Shown here piece by piece: positions 14,874 to 23,380 of a stretch of 28,374 bases of DNA. Each line of letters starts with the position of its first letter. Positions within the stretch are counted from its first letter, which is position 1. The DNA comes from Polyangiales bacterium. GTDB lineage: Bacteria; Myxococcota_A; Polyangia; Polyangiales; DASUME01. The stretch is from positions 1 through 28,374 of the forward strand of contig DASUME010000162.1 in the NCBI GenBank assembly GCA_036277895.1. Reading direction: 5' to 3'. A program made the position numbers and the translations under genes. The notes under the pieces were generated by a model. It was not told where the DNA came from, searched no databases, and saw nothing but the letters and a program-made list of their open reading frames with translations.

Positions 14874-16148
14874 CTACAGCACCGCGGCCATCGCGCCGGT
14901 GACCGCGCTGAGCTCCTCGCTCGCGATGATGTACGGCGGCATGGTGTACAGCAGCTTTCCGAACGGGCGCAGCCACACGCCACGCGCGACCAGCGCCGGC
15001 ACCACACGCTCGAAGTCGACCCGCTCCTTCAGCTCCAGTACGCCGATCGCGCCGAGCACGCGCACGTCTTCGACGCCCGGATGTTCCGCCAGCGGCGACA
15101 GCTCGCGCCACAGCTGGCGCTCGATCTGCGCGATGCGCGCGCAGTGGTCGTAGCTGAACAGCAGCTCCAGGTTCGCGAGCGCCGCCGCACACGCGAGCGG
15201 ATTGCCCATGTACGTGGGGCCGTGCATGAACACGCCGGGCTCGCCCGCGGCGATCGCGTCCGCGATCGCGTCCGTGATCAGCGTCGCGGCGAGCGTGAGC
15301 ATGCCGCCGGTGAGCGCCTTGCCCACGCACATCACGTCGGGCGCGATGTCGGCGTGCTCGCAGCCGAACAGCGTGCCGGTGCGGCCGAAGCCGGTCGCGA
15401 TCTCGTCGAAGATCAGCAGCACGTCGTGCTGGTCGCAGAGCGTGCGCAGCCGGCGCAGATACTCCGGATGATGGAAGCGCAGCCCGCCTGCGTTCTGTAC
15501 GATCGGCTCGATCACCACCGCCGCGATCTCGTGCGCACGCCAGCGCAGCAGCGACTCGACCTCATCGATCGACGAAGACTCCCACACCGCGTGGTAACCG
15601 GGCCCCGGCAGCGGCGCGAAGATCTGCTGCGCGAGCACGCCGCGAAACAGCGAGTGCATGCCGTTGACCGGGTCGCAGACCGACATCGCGCCGAGCGTGT
15701 CGCCGTGGTAGCCGCCGAGCGGCGTGAGGAACTTGTTCTTGGCGGGCTTGCCGCGCGCGTGCTGGTACTGCAGCGCGAGCTTGAGCGCGACCTCCACCGA
15801 CACCGAGCCCGAGTCGCTCAAGAACACGCGCGTCAGCGGCTCGGGCGTGAGCGCGACCAGGCGCTCACACAGCGCGACCGCGGGCTCGTGCGTGAGCCCG
15901 CCGAACATCACGTGGCTCATCGTCGCCAGCTGCCTGCCCATCGCCGCCGTGAGCGCGGGGTGGTTGTAGCCGTGGATCGCCGCCCACCACGACGACATGC
16001 CGTCGATCAGCGCGCGGCCGTCGTCGAGGTGGAGGTGCACGCCCTCGGTGCGCGACACGGCGTACAGCGGACCCGGTGTGCCCGGCGCTGCGTAGGGGTG
16101 CAGCACCACGCGGCGGTCGCGCGCGGTCAGCTCATCCCAGCTGCTCAC
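14874..16148 (-). CDS. bioA: Adenosylmethionine-8-amino-7-oxononanoate transaminase, 424 aa
   Basis: LHPY, DGMSSWWAAIHGYNHP, SDSGSVSVEVALK, GYHGDT, FDEIATGFGRTG, PLP lysine CVGKALTGG, HGPTYMGNP, WLRPFG. GTG at 16148 gives a typical BioA length (ORF-track start 16214). Confidence 0.95.
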   Translation of the reverse strand: MSSWDELTARDRRVVLHPYAAPGTPGPLYAVSRTEGVHLHLDDGRALIDGMSSWWAAIHGYNHPALTAAMGRQLATMSHVMFGGLTHEPAVALCERLVALTPEPLTRVFLSDSGSVSVEVALKLALQYQHARGKPAKNKFLTPLGGYHGDTLGAMSVCDPVNGMHSLFRGVLAQQIFAPLPGPGYHAVWESSSIDEVESLLRWRAHEIAAVVIEPIVQNAGGLRFHHPEYLRRLRTLCDQHDVLLIFDEIATGFGRTGTLFGCEHADIAPDVMCVGKALTGGMLTLAATLITDAIADAIAAGEPGVFMHGPTYMGNPLACAAALANLELLFSYDHCARIAQIERQLWRELSPLAEHPGVEDVRVLGAIGVLELKERVDFERVVPALVARGVWLRPFGKLLYTMPPYIIASEELSAVTGAMAAVL

Positions 16149-16812
16149 GCTCGGCTCCGATCGCGACCCACGCCGACGTGGCGCGCGCCACCACCGCGGC
16201 ACGCGCCAGCTCATCGGCGCGCTCGTTGAGCGGGATCCCGGCGTGCCCCTTCACGTAGACCAGGGACAGGCGTGGGAAGTTGCGCATGCGCTCTTTGATG
16301 TCCGCGATCAGCTGTACGTTGGCCTTCGCCTTCCAGCCCTTGCTCAACACGCCGATCGCGTACTGGCTATCGGTGTGGACTTGCATCGGCTCGCTGGAGC
16401 GGCCGACCGCCTCCAGCGCGCGCAGGATCGCGGTTAGTTCGGCGACGTTGTTGGTGCCGATGCCGAGGTACTCGCTGAGCTCACGACGCGTACCGTGTTC
16501 GGTCAGCACCACACCGAGGCCGGCCGGGCCGGGGTTTCCGCTGCACGCGCCGTCCGTGTACGCGACCAGCTTGGCATCCGCCGCGGGGGCCGCACTCACG
16601 GCCTTGGCGACCGGCGCCGCCTCTGCACAGTGCTCGTCCGGCAGCACGGGCTCGGCGGTGAGCTCCAGGTTGCGTGTGGCGGCGCGATACGACTTGCCGT
16701 CGTTGGCCTTGTATCGGATCTCGACGCGGCCGCCTTCGTCGAGGAGCGTGCCGTCCGGATGGCAGCGCGCCAACGCGCGGGTGCCGCGCAGCACTACGGG
16801 TCGCCAGGGCAT
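16132..16812 (-). CDS. rnhA: Ribonuclease HI with an N-terminal extra domain
   Basis: YTDGACSGNPGPAG, TNNVAEL, HTDSQY, VKGHAG, NERADELA (all four acidic catalytic residues) from residue about 81. Confidence 0.93.
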   Translation of the reverse strand: MPWRPVVLRGTRALARCHPDGTLLDEGGRVEIRYKANDGKSYRAATRNLELTAEPVLPDEHCAEAAPVAKAVSAAPAADAKLVAYTDGACSGNPGPAGLGVVLTEHGTRRELSEYLGIGTNNVAELTAILRALEAVGRSSEPMQVHTDSQYAIGVLSKGWKAKANVQLIADIKERMRNFPRLSLVYVKGHAGIPLNERADELARAAVVARATSAWVAIGAEREQLG

Positions 16813-16911
16813 TCGCCCGCTCGTAGCCCAGATCGCGGAATCTCACCAGTCAAAGGGAAGTGACTGGTGAGTTCATGCGCGACCACGCCAGTGGCTGCTA
16901 GGGTTGGTCCC

Positions 16912-18015
16912 GTGAAACGGTCTTCGGTAGTCGTGATCGCGCTCGCTCTGGTCGCCGTGTTGGCGGGCGCTTGGTACATGTTCTGGCCCCACACCTCGCT
17001 GCCGGTGGATCCGCTGGCGGCGGTGCCGGCAGATTCCTACGGCGTGGCGCACATCCGAGTGGACCGCGTGCTCGCCTCGGACGCCTGGAAGCGGCTGATC
17101 GTCGAGCGTGGGCAAGCCAAGGGCATCGAGCGTGTGCAGGTGCTGTGTGGGTTCAATCCGCTCGATCGGATCAAGGAGCTGACGGTGTTCGCGCGCCCGG
17201 CGCCGGGCGGCGGCCTCCCGAAGCTCGCGTTCGCGGCGCGCGGCGAGCTCAACCACCAGGAGCTGCTCGACTGCGTGAAGAAGTTCACGGGCGGCGATGA
17301 CTCGGCGCTCACGCGTGAGGACATCGAGGGCATCCCCACCGTGCAGAGCAAGAAGGGCAGCTCGCGCGCGGCCTTCATCGGGCGCGACGGCATCGTGGGC
17401 GGCGATGCAGAGAGTGTGGCGGCCGTGATCCACACCGTGCTGCAGAAGGCGCCCAGCCTGAGCGGCGATCTGATGATGAAGCAGCTCTACGCGGAGCTGG
17501 AGCAGGGCAGCGACATCACGCTGGTGAGCCGCCTGCCCGAGGAAGCCAAGCCGATGATCCGGCAGCTGGCGACCGTGGCCGGGCCGAAGGTGGAGCTGCT
17601 GGAGGAGATCAAGCTGTTCGGCGTCACGGTGGTGACCAGCTCGGCGAAGCTCGCCGGCGGGATCACGCTGGTGACGGGCTCGACCGCGGAGGCGAACGCG
17701 TTCGTCGAGCTCGGCAAGAACGCGATCGGGCGCCTGCTGACGATCCCCGGCATCGGCATGACGCCGGCCTACGGTGTACTGAAGACGGTGCAGAGCGAGG
17801 TGCGCGGCGATCGCGCGACGTTCAGCGGGCTGATCAAGGTGGCGTCCGTGGAGACGCTGCTCGAGCTCGCCCCCGCGCTGGAGGCGTTCGCGGGCGACAT
17901 GGTGCCGGGTGCCAAGCCCGATGCATCCAAGCCGACCCCTGCCCCTGCCCCTGCCCCGACGATCGAGCAGCTCCAACCGGAAGAGCCGCCGACGAAGAAG
18001 CGCAAGAAGGACTAA
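16912..18015 (+). CDS. Hypothetical membrane-anchored/exported protein, 367 aa
   Basis: N-terminal hydrophobic helix (VVVIALALVAVLAGAWYMFW), then a globular region and a Pro-rich/basic tail. Start GTG 16912 preferred over 16867. Confidence 0.75.
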   Translation: MKRSSVVVIALALVAVLAGAWYMFWPHTSLPVDPLAAVPADSYGVAHIRVDRVLASDAWKRLIVERGQAKGIERVQVLCGFNPLDRIKELTVFARPAPGGGLPKLAFAARGELNHQELLDCVKKFTGGDDSALTREDIEGIPTVQSKKGSSRAAFIGRDGIVGGDAESVAAVIHTVLQKAPSLSGDLMMKQLYAELEQGSDITLVSRLPEEAKPMIRQLATVAGPKVELLEEIKLFGVTVVTSSAKLAGGITLVTGSTAEANAFVELGKNAIGRLLTIPGIGMTPAYGVLKTVQSEVRGDRATFSGLIKVASVETLLELAPALEAFAGDMVPGAKPDASKPTPAPAPAPTIEQLQPEEPPTKKRKKD

Positions 18016-19238
18016 GCCTTCCGGCGCGCGATCTGCTCGACGAGACGCTGTGCGCGCTCGGGATCGACGCGGCACAGCGCGACCACACGCTCGCGGTCGA
18101 CCATCAGCTCGAAGCCCGCACGCTCGCGGCGCAGGCGTGACCAACCGGAGAGCGACAGGTCCAGCAAGGCGCCGAGGCCGAGCGCGAGCGCCCCGCTGAG
18201 CAGCAGCTCGCGATCGCCGCGCGCGATCGCGTCGCTCAGCCAGACCACACCGAGCAGCGCGCCCACCGCCAGCGCGAGCGCACCGAACAGCACATCGTAG
18301 GCGGGACGGCTCACCTCACGCAGCGCGAACTCGACGTCGCGCAGGGCGTACGAGGCGTCGCTGACGCGCAGCGTGCGCCCGAACAGGCGCGTCTCGCGGC
18401 GCACGTGCAGCGCGTTGCTCTCCAGCCGTACCCGACCGGTGCGCTCCAGGCCGAAGCCCCAGGCCAGCGTGCGTCCGACCGCGGAGAGGATCGCCCAGCC
18501 GACGAAGTACGACGCCACGCGCAGCGCGGAGATGCGGGGCAGCCGGCCCCACGCGCCCTTGACCTCGAAGCCGTCGATCTGCGGCAAGGCCTCGGTGCCG
18601 AGCGCGTGCTGCGCGACGGTGCGGATCCAGCTGTCCGGCGTGGTCTCCGCGAGCCGACCCAGCGCGACGCGTGCGCTCGGGCGGTCGAGCATGGTCAGCA
18701 CGTGGATGCGCAGCACGGCGCGTGCGCGATGGCCACCCAGCGACGGACCGTCCGACGGCGCGAGGATCACGCCCTCGAGCGCCTCGATCAGCGCGTCCTG
18801 TTGCTCCTCGGAGAGCAGGCCCTTCACGAAACGATATGGCGCGTACGGCGTCGAGAGCTCGAGCCAGTCGGCGTGGCGCGCGAAGCGCTCGAGCAGCTCG
18901 CGGCGCTCGGCGCTGCTCTCGTCCTCGAGCTTCTCCGCGAGACCACGCACCATGAACGCCGCCAACAACGCCCACTGCGCGGAGCGCTCGGGGCCGCGCT
19001 CGAGCAGCGCGATCACGTTGCCGTCGCCGGTCTCGGCCTGCGTGCGCACCAGCCGATGCGCGGCCGCGCGCACGCGCACCGCACGACGCCCGAGCGCCTT
19101 GAGCCCGCGCGCTTCCGCTTGCTCGCTCAGCATGTCGAAGCACAGCGCCGCCAGCTTTTGCCCGTGCGGATGCTGCTTCGCTTCCGAGAGCGAGCGATCG
19201 AGGGCCGCGATCGACGGCATGCTCAGGGACATCGTCAT
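18012..19238 (-). CDS. Hypothetical membrane protein
   Basis: Long ORF with protein-like composition; helical N-terminal region and three hydrophobic segments near the C-terminus. Confidence 0.75.
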   Translation of the reverse strand: MTMSLSMPSIAALDRSLSEAKQHPHGQKLAALCFDMLSEQAEARGLKALGRRAVRVRAAAHRLVRTQAETGDGNVIALLERGPERSAQWALLAAFMVRGLAEKLEDESSAERRELLERFARHADWLELSTPYAPYRFVKGLLSEEQQDALIEALEGVILAPSDGPSLGGHRARAVLRIHVLTMLDRPSARVALGRLAETTPDSWIRTVAQHALGTEALPQIDGFEVKGAWGRLPRISALRVASYFVGWAILSAVGRTLAWGFGLERTGRVRLESNALHVRRETRLFGRTLRVSDASYALRDVEFALREVSRPAYDVLFGALALAVGALLGVVWLSDAIARGDRELLLSGALALGLGALLDLSLSGWSRLRRERAGFELMVDRERVVALCRVDPERAQRLVEQIARRKA

Positions 19239-19263
19239 GCCCGCGAGAGTCTATCAGCTCGCG

Positions 19264-20232
19264 TCAGAGCAACGAAAGTTGCGAGTCGTGCGGCTCTGAT
19301 TCGAGCAGGTCCTTGGCGGCCCGGCGGCGAAAGCAAGCGTCGTCGATGCCGAGCGAGGTGCGCAGCGCGCTGCTGGCGATGACGAAGCGCTGCGTGACCG
19401 GGTCGTGGTAGCCGCTGACCTCGGCCAGGCTGTCGTCGTGGCCGCGGTAGAAGCGGTTCTGCCGCTCCATCGCCAGCTCGCGCACGTACTTGCCGACCAT
19501 CGAGGCGAGCGCGACCGGCAGGTGGTTGGCGTCCGCGTCGATCTCGAAGCGCACGTGGCCCACGCCCTGCACGTCGAAGGCGAGCGTGGGCCTCTGTGCG
19601 CGCGCGGGGCTCACGCCGCGCAGCGGGAAGTGCCGCATCCGGGCGATGTAGTTGCGGATGCCTCCGACCATGCCGCAGATCGCGCGCACGTCCTCCGGGC
19701 TGCGGGTGCGCGCGTCGAGCACCAGCCGCTCCATCAGCTCCAGGTCGACCTCGACGCGGCTCTGGCCCTTGCGCAGGCGGGTGTTGAGGGAGCCCGTGCA
19801 GGCGAGCGCGCTGCGCACATGGAGGGGCCGCAGGCCGGCTCTTGCGAGCTTACGCAGCACCTGGCGCCCGGCCTCGATGTCCCCGCCGAAGCAAGGGAGC
19901 GGGATGGACACTGACCAGCACTGGGGACGGGATCCCGCCGGACACGGCGTGCGCAGGGCCTCGGGGGCATCGAGCAACAAGGCCTCGAAGAGTGCGTCGA
20001 TGTCGGTGGGCAGCACGCCCGAGAGCTGCTCGATCAGCGCGAGCGCGAGGCCTTCTGCAAGCGCCATCTGACCGAAGCCGGCCGTGGCCTTGCTGTCGTC
20101 GATGCCCAGCGCGCGGCCGACCTCGGCGTGGTGCTCGGGGCGATAGCGCTTGAGCTCCAGGCTGGCGGCCGTGGTGACCAGCGGACCGAGCAGCGGCCCC
20201 AGCCCATTCTCGTCGACGCCCACGATGATCAC
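19264..20232 (-). CDS. Divergent RNase HII-like protein, 322 aa
   Basis: IIVGVDENGLGPLLGPLV, IDDSK, DADANHLPVALASMVGKYVRE, SGYHDPVT align to RNase HII motifs. GTG 20232 places the DE motif at the N-terminus. Confidence 0.72.
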   Translation of the reverse strand: MIIVGVDENGLGPLLGPLVTTAASLELKRYRPEHHAEVGRALGIDDSKATAGFGQMALAEGLALALIEQLSGVLPTDIDALFEALLLDAPEALRTPCPAGSRPQCWSVSIPLPCFGGDIEAGRQVLRKLARAGLRPLHVRSALACTGSLNTRLRKGQSRVEVDLELMERLVLDARTRSPEDVRAICGMVGGIRNYIARMRHFPLRGVSPARAQRPTLAFDVQGVGHVRFEIDADANHLPVALASMVGKYVRELAMERQNRFYRGHDDSLAEVSGYHDPVTQRFVIASSALRTSLGIDDACFRRRAAKDLLESEPHDSQLSLL

Positions 20233-20368
20233 GAGGGGCTGCCTATCATACCTCGCCTCACCTGCTGACTTTTTGCGCGGGCCCAGAGCGACAGACGCAG
20301 AACCGCTCGCTTTCCCCGGCCCCGCGAGTCGCGATACCATCGTTCCTTCGGGGGCGACGCACAGGCGA

Positions 20369-21349
20369 ATGGCGACCAAAGAAGGCGGACTGGTGGCGCG
20401 CTCCGTGCGCGAAGCCCTCGGCACGCTGATGTCGCCGCAGCTCTATTCACAGCTGGTGGCGCGCGCGCTGTCGAGCGCGCACCTGAGCGAGATCCCGGAG
20501 CAGGGCCGCGCGGTGGCGCAATGGATCCAGGGGCCGCTGTTGCGCGAGGTCGAGGTCGCGGCCGGCGCCGATGCGGCGGAGCTGGTGGCAGAGCAGCTGG
20601 CGCCGGTGGTCGCACACGCGAGCAACGAGGGGCGGCCGTCGATGCCGCGCGAGGAGCCGAGGCCGGGATCGGATCGCGCCGCCAAGCGTAAGAGCTCCGA
20701 TCGCGCGGCGATGCGCAGCGCGCCGTACGTTCGCGTGGCGTCGGATCGTGTGCGGCCACCGAGCGCGGAGAAAAATGCGCGTGTGCCTTCGGAGCCCGCG
20801 CAGCGGCCTGCGAAGAACCCGTTCGGCAGCGACATCCCCACGGGCCTGGTGTCCGCGCCGCCGCGTCGGCAGTCCGCGGAGACCACGCGCACGCAGCTGA
20901 CGGCGGAGCAGCTCGCCGCGATGAACCAGGCCGGCCACACCGCACGGCCCGCGGCGCCCGATCCCGAAGACCGGGAGCTACGGCGCGTGCTGTTGGCGTC
21001 GAATGCGCGGGGCTCGGTCGACTCGCTGCAGGGTTACCTGCAAGGCGTCGCGCGCGTGGCGCCGGTGGCGGACCTGGTCGGCCTGCTCGACGCGCTCGAC
21101 GACAAGACGCTGCGCGACCCGATCGTGCTCGTCGATTGCCAGCGCCCGACCGTTCACGCGACGAGCATCGCCGCGATCGGCGAGGACCTGCCCGCCGGCA
21201 CGACGATCGTGCTGTGGGGAGTGAGCGACGACACCTGGAGCCAGCTCGACCGTGACCGCGTCCCAAGCTGCCACTGGGTCCGCTGCTCCCACGAGGCCAC
21301 CCCCGGCGACGTCGGCGCGCTCGTGTCGATGCTGATCAGTCAGCGCTGA
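20369..21349 (+). CDS. Hypothetical protein: helical N-domain, Pro/Arg-rich linker, CheY-like C-domain, 326 aa
   Basis: ATG 20369 (MATKEGG...). The C-terminal alternating beta/alpha pattern RVLLAS / PIVLVD / TIVLWG resembles a receiver fold. Confidence 0.65.
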   Translation: MATKEGGLVARSVREALGTLMSPQLYSQLVARALSSAHLSEIPEQGRAVAQWIQGPLLREVEVAAGADAAELVAEQLAPVVAHASNEGRPSMPREEPRPGSDRAAKRKSSDRAAMRSAPYVRVASDRVRPPSAEKNARVPSEPAQRPAKNPFGSDIPTGLVSAPPRRQSAETTRTQLTAEQLAAMNQAGHTARPAAPDPEDRELRRVLLASNARGSVDSLQGYLQGVARVAPVADLVGLLDALDDKTLRDPIVLVDCQRPTVHATSIAAIGEDLPAGTTIVLWGVSDDTWSQLDRDRVPSCHWVRCSHEATPGDVGALVSMLISQR

Positions 21350-22250
21350 GGTCGGCGAGCAGCGCCTTCAGCAGCGTGGCGTCGTCGTCGACGCCGGCGC
21401 GCTCGGCCTTCTCGTGCTCATTGCGGATCCACGGCCACGTGGGGCCCGCATCCTGGCAGCCGACGGCGCGCTCCAGGCCGGTGCACGCGATGCGCACGTG
21501 GAAGTGATCGCGGTGGGGGTTGCCGGAGCTCGGCTGGTGCAGGACGTACGCGGCGCGGAGCAGCGCGCGCGGGTCGCGCTCGTGGCGCAGGGCGTAGGCG
21601 AGCAGCCGGGCCTTGATGCCGTCGGCGCAGAAGATCCACTGCGCCGGGGCGCGCTCGTCGAGCAGCAGCTCGCGCACGAAGGTCCAGTTGCGCGCCGTGT
21701 CGAACAACGCGACGGCGCCACTCGGCGCGGTCTTGTTGGCGACCACACTCGCGCCGAGCTCGTCGAACGCGTAGAAGCCGCTGCCGCGCCGCGGGCGGCC
21801 GTCGATGTCAGTGAGGTAGAACAGCACGTCGACGTCGCGACCCGTCTGGTGGCTGCCGTGGCGCGAGTGCAGCCCGCCGAAGCGCGCGGAGATGTCTCCC
21901 ACGATCAGCGGGGCGCCGCCGGGCAGCTCGCGCGCGACCTTGGCCGCCGCGCGCTCGATCGCGTCGCGCAGCACCGGCGCACCCCAGCGTGTGTCTTCCC
22001 CGGTCTTGGCGCGCAGGTAGCCGGGCCCCGACTCGGGCAAAGGCACGCCGGACAACAAATAGCCGCCGTTCGCGTAGCCGATGCTCGCAGGACGCAGGGC
22101 GCGCGCTTCCTGTTCGGTCATGCTCGCGGGCCGCGTCATGCGCGGTGCCAGTCCGCACGCTGCGAGCGCGAGCGAACATGCTACGAGCGCCGCTCCAAGG
22201 AAGTGTCGGCTTGATCCGCTACCGCTCTGCCGTACGTTGCCAATGATCAT
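21336..22250 (-). CDS. mepA: Penicillin-insensitive murein endopeptidase (LAS family), putative lipoprotein
   Basis: IVGDISARFGG, HGSHQTGRDVD and HRDHFHVR zinc motifs; N-terminal hydrophobic stretch ending in lipobox LAAC. Confidence 0.85.
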   Translation of the reverse strand: MIIGNVRQSGSGSSRHFLGAALVACSLALAACGLAPRMTRPASMTEQEARALRPASIGYANGGYLLSGVPLPESGPGYLRAKTGEDTRWGAPVLRDAIERAAAKVARELPGGAPLIVGDISARFGGLHSRHGSHQTGRDVDVLFYLTDIDGRPRRGSGFYAFDELGASVVANKTAPSGAVALFDTARNWTFVRELLLDERAPAQWIFCADGIKARLLAYALRHERDPRALLRAAYVLHQPSSGNPHRDHFHVRIACTGLERAVGCQDAGPTWPWIRNEHEKAERAGVDDDATLLKALLADLSAD

Positions 22251-22266
22251 GGGTGATCGAGGACCT

Positions 22267-23265
22267 ATGGACCAGTTTACAGCGCATTTGGACCGTGGCT
22301 GGGACCTGGTCGGCCGAGGAGACTACGCAGGGGCCTTGATCTCTGCGCAGAAGAGCCTCGAGCTCGATGCCGAGAGTCCCGACGCACACAATCTACTCGG
22401 TTTCATCCACCAAGCGGAAGGGCGTGCAGAAGACGCGCTCGAACACTACCGCCAGGCGATCGCGATCGACGAGACCTACGTCGAGGCGATGCTCAACGCG
22501 GCCGAGGTGCTGATCCATGCGCTGCGCGACTACGAAGCCGGGCTGGCGATGGTGGAAGAGGCGCTCGACTTCGCCGAGGGCGACGACGAGGTGGGCGACG
22601 CCCTGCTCTTGCGCTTCGACGCGCTGATGCAGCAAGGCGATCGCGACGGGGCGGCGGCGGTGGCGAGCAAGCTGCCCGAGGGCCCGTTCGAGAACTCCCA
22701 GCTCGACTTCATGATCGGGCGCGCCAAGTTCGAGACCGGCGATCTCGACGGTGCGGAGAAGCACCTCGAGCTGGCGGTCAAGCACGAGGGCCCGAGCGGC
22801 GACGCGTTCTACTACCAGGGCCTGGTGCGCGAGGCGCGTGGGGATCTGCGCGGGGCCACGCTGGCGTTCCTGCAAGCGCGCGAGGCGGACCTGAACGCGC
22901 CGCGCCCCAGCTGGTCACTCTCTGCTTCGAGCTTCGAGCGCAAGGTGCAGAACGCGGTGCGCAAGCTGCCCGCGGCGCTGGCCGAGGCGATCGACGGCGC
23001 ACTGGTGGTGGTGAGCGATATCCCCGGCCCCGAGGTGGTGGCCGAGGGCGTCGACCCGCACATCGGGGTGCTGATCGACGACCTGCAAGACGCCGACGGG
23101 CAGCCGGTCGCCAACGAGGCGCAAGCGGAGCGCGCCGGCCGGGTGTTCGTCTACCAGCGCAACATCGAGCGCTGGGCCGAGAGTGCCGGCGAGGTCGAAG
23201 ACGAGATCCTGCAGACCCTGGAGCACGAGTTAGCACTCTCGTTCCCCGAGCTCTCCCCCAAGTAG
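22267..23265 (+). CDS. TPR-repeat protein with C-terminal zincin-like (DUF1025-type) domain, 332 aa
   Basis: GAGGA SD before ATG 22267; TPR-like repeats (PDAHNLLGFIHQAEGRAEDALEHYRQAIAID etc.); C-terminal VFVYQRNIERWA...EILQTLEHE. Confidence 0.85.
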   Translation: MDQFTAHLDRGWDLVGRGDYAGALISAQKSLELDAESPDAHNLLGFIHQAEGRAEDALEHYRQAIAIDETYVEAMLNAAEVLIHALRDYEAGLAMVEEALDFAEGDDEVGDALLLRFDALMQQGDRDGAAAVASKLPEGPFENSQLDFMIGRAKFETGDLDGAEKHLELAVKHEGPSGDAFYYQGLVREARGDLRGATLAFLQAREADLNAPRPSWSLSASSFERKVQNAVRKLPAALAEAIDGALVVVSDIPGPEVVAEGVDPHIGVLIDDLQDADGQPVANEAQAERAGRVFVYQRNIERWAESAGEVEDEILQTLEHELALSFPELSPK

Positions 23266-23270
23266 TTCCC

Positions 23271-23380
23271 CGTTGACGTTGGCGTGAACGGCGACGGCGA
23301 CGATCTCGCGGCACGGCGTTGGCAGGCTTTGCCGAGCGATCGTCGCCGTTCACGCTCACGTCAAGGTCAACGCTCACGTG
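23271..23380. repeat. Palindromic intergenic element, copy 2 (REP/MITE-like)
   Basis: The left arm GCGTGAACGGCGACGGCGACGATC pairs with the right arm GATCGTCGCCGTTCACGC with one extra 6-nt unit; 31/32 identity to copy 1. Confidence 0.85.

Noticed and set aside
17934-17960. CCCCTG-type tandem repeat
   Set aside because: Simply encodes a PAPAPAP linker.
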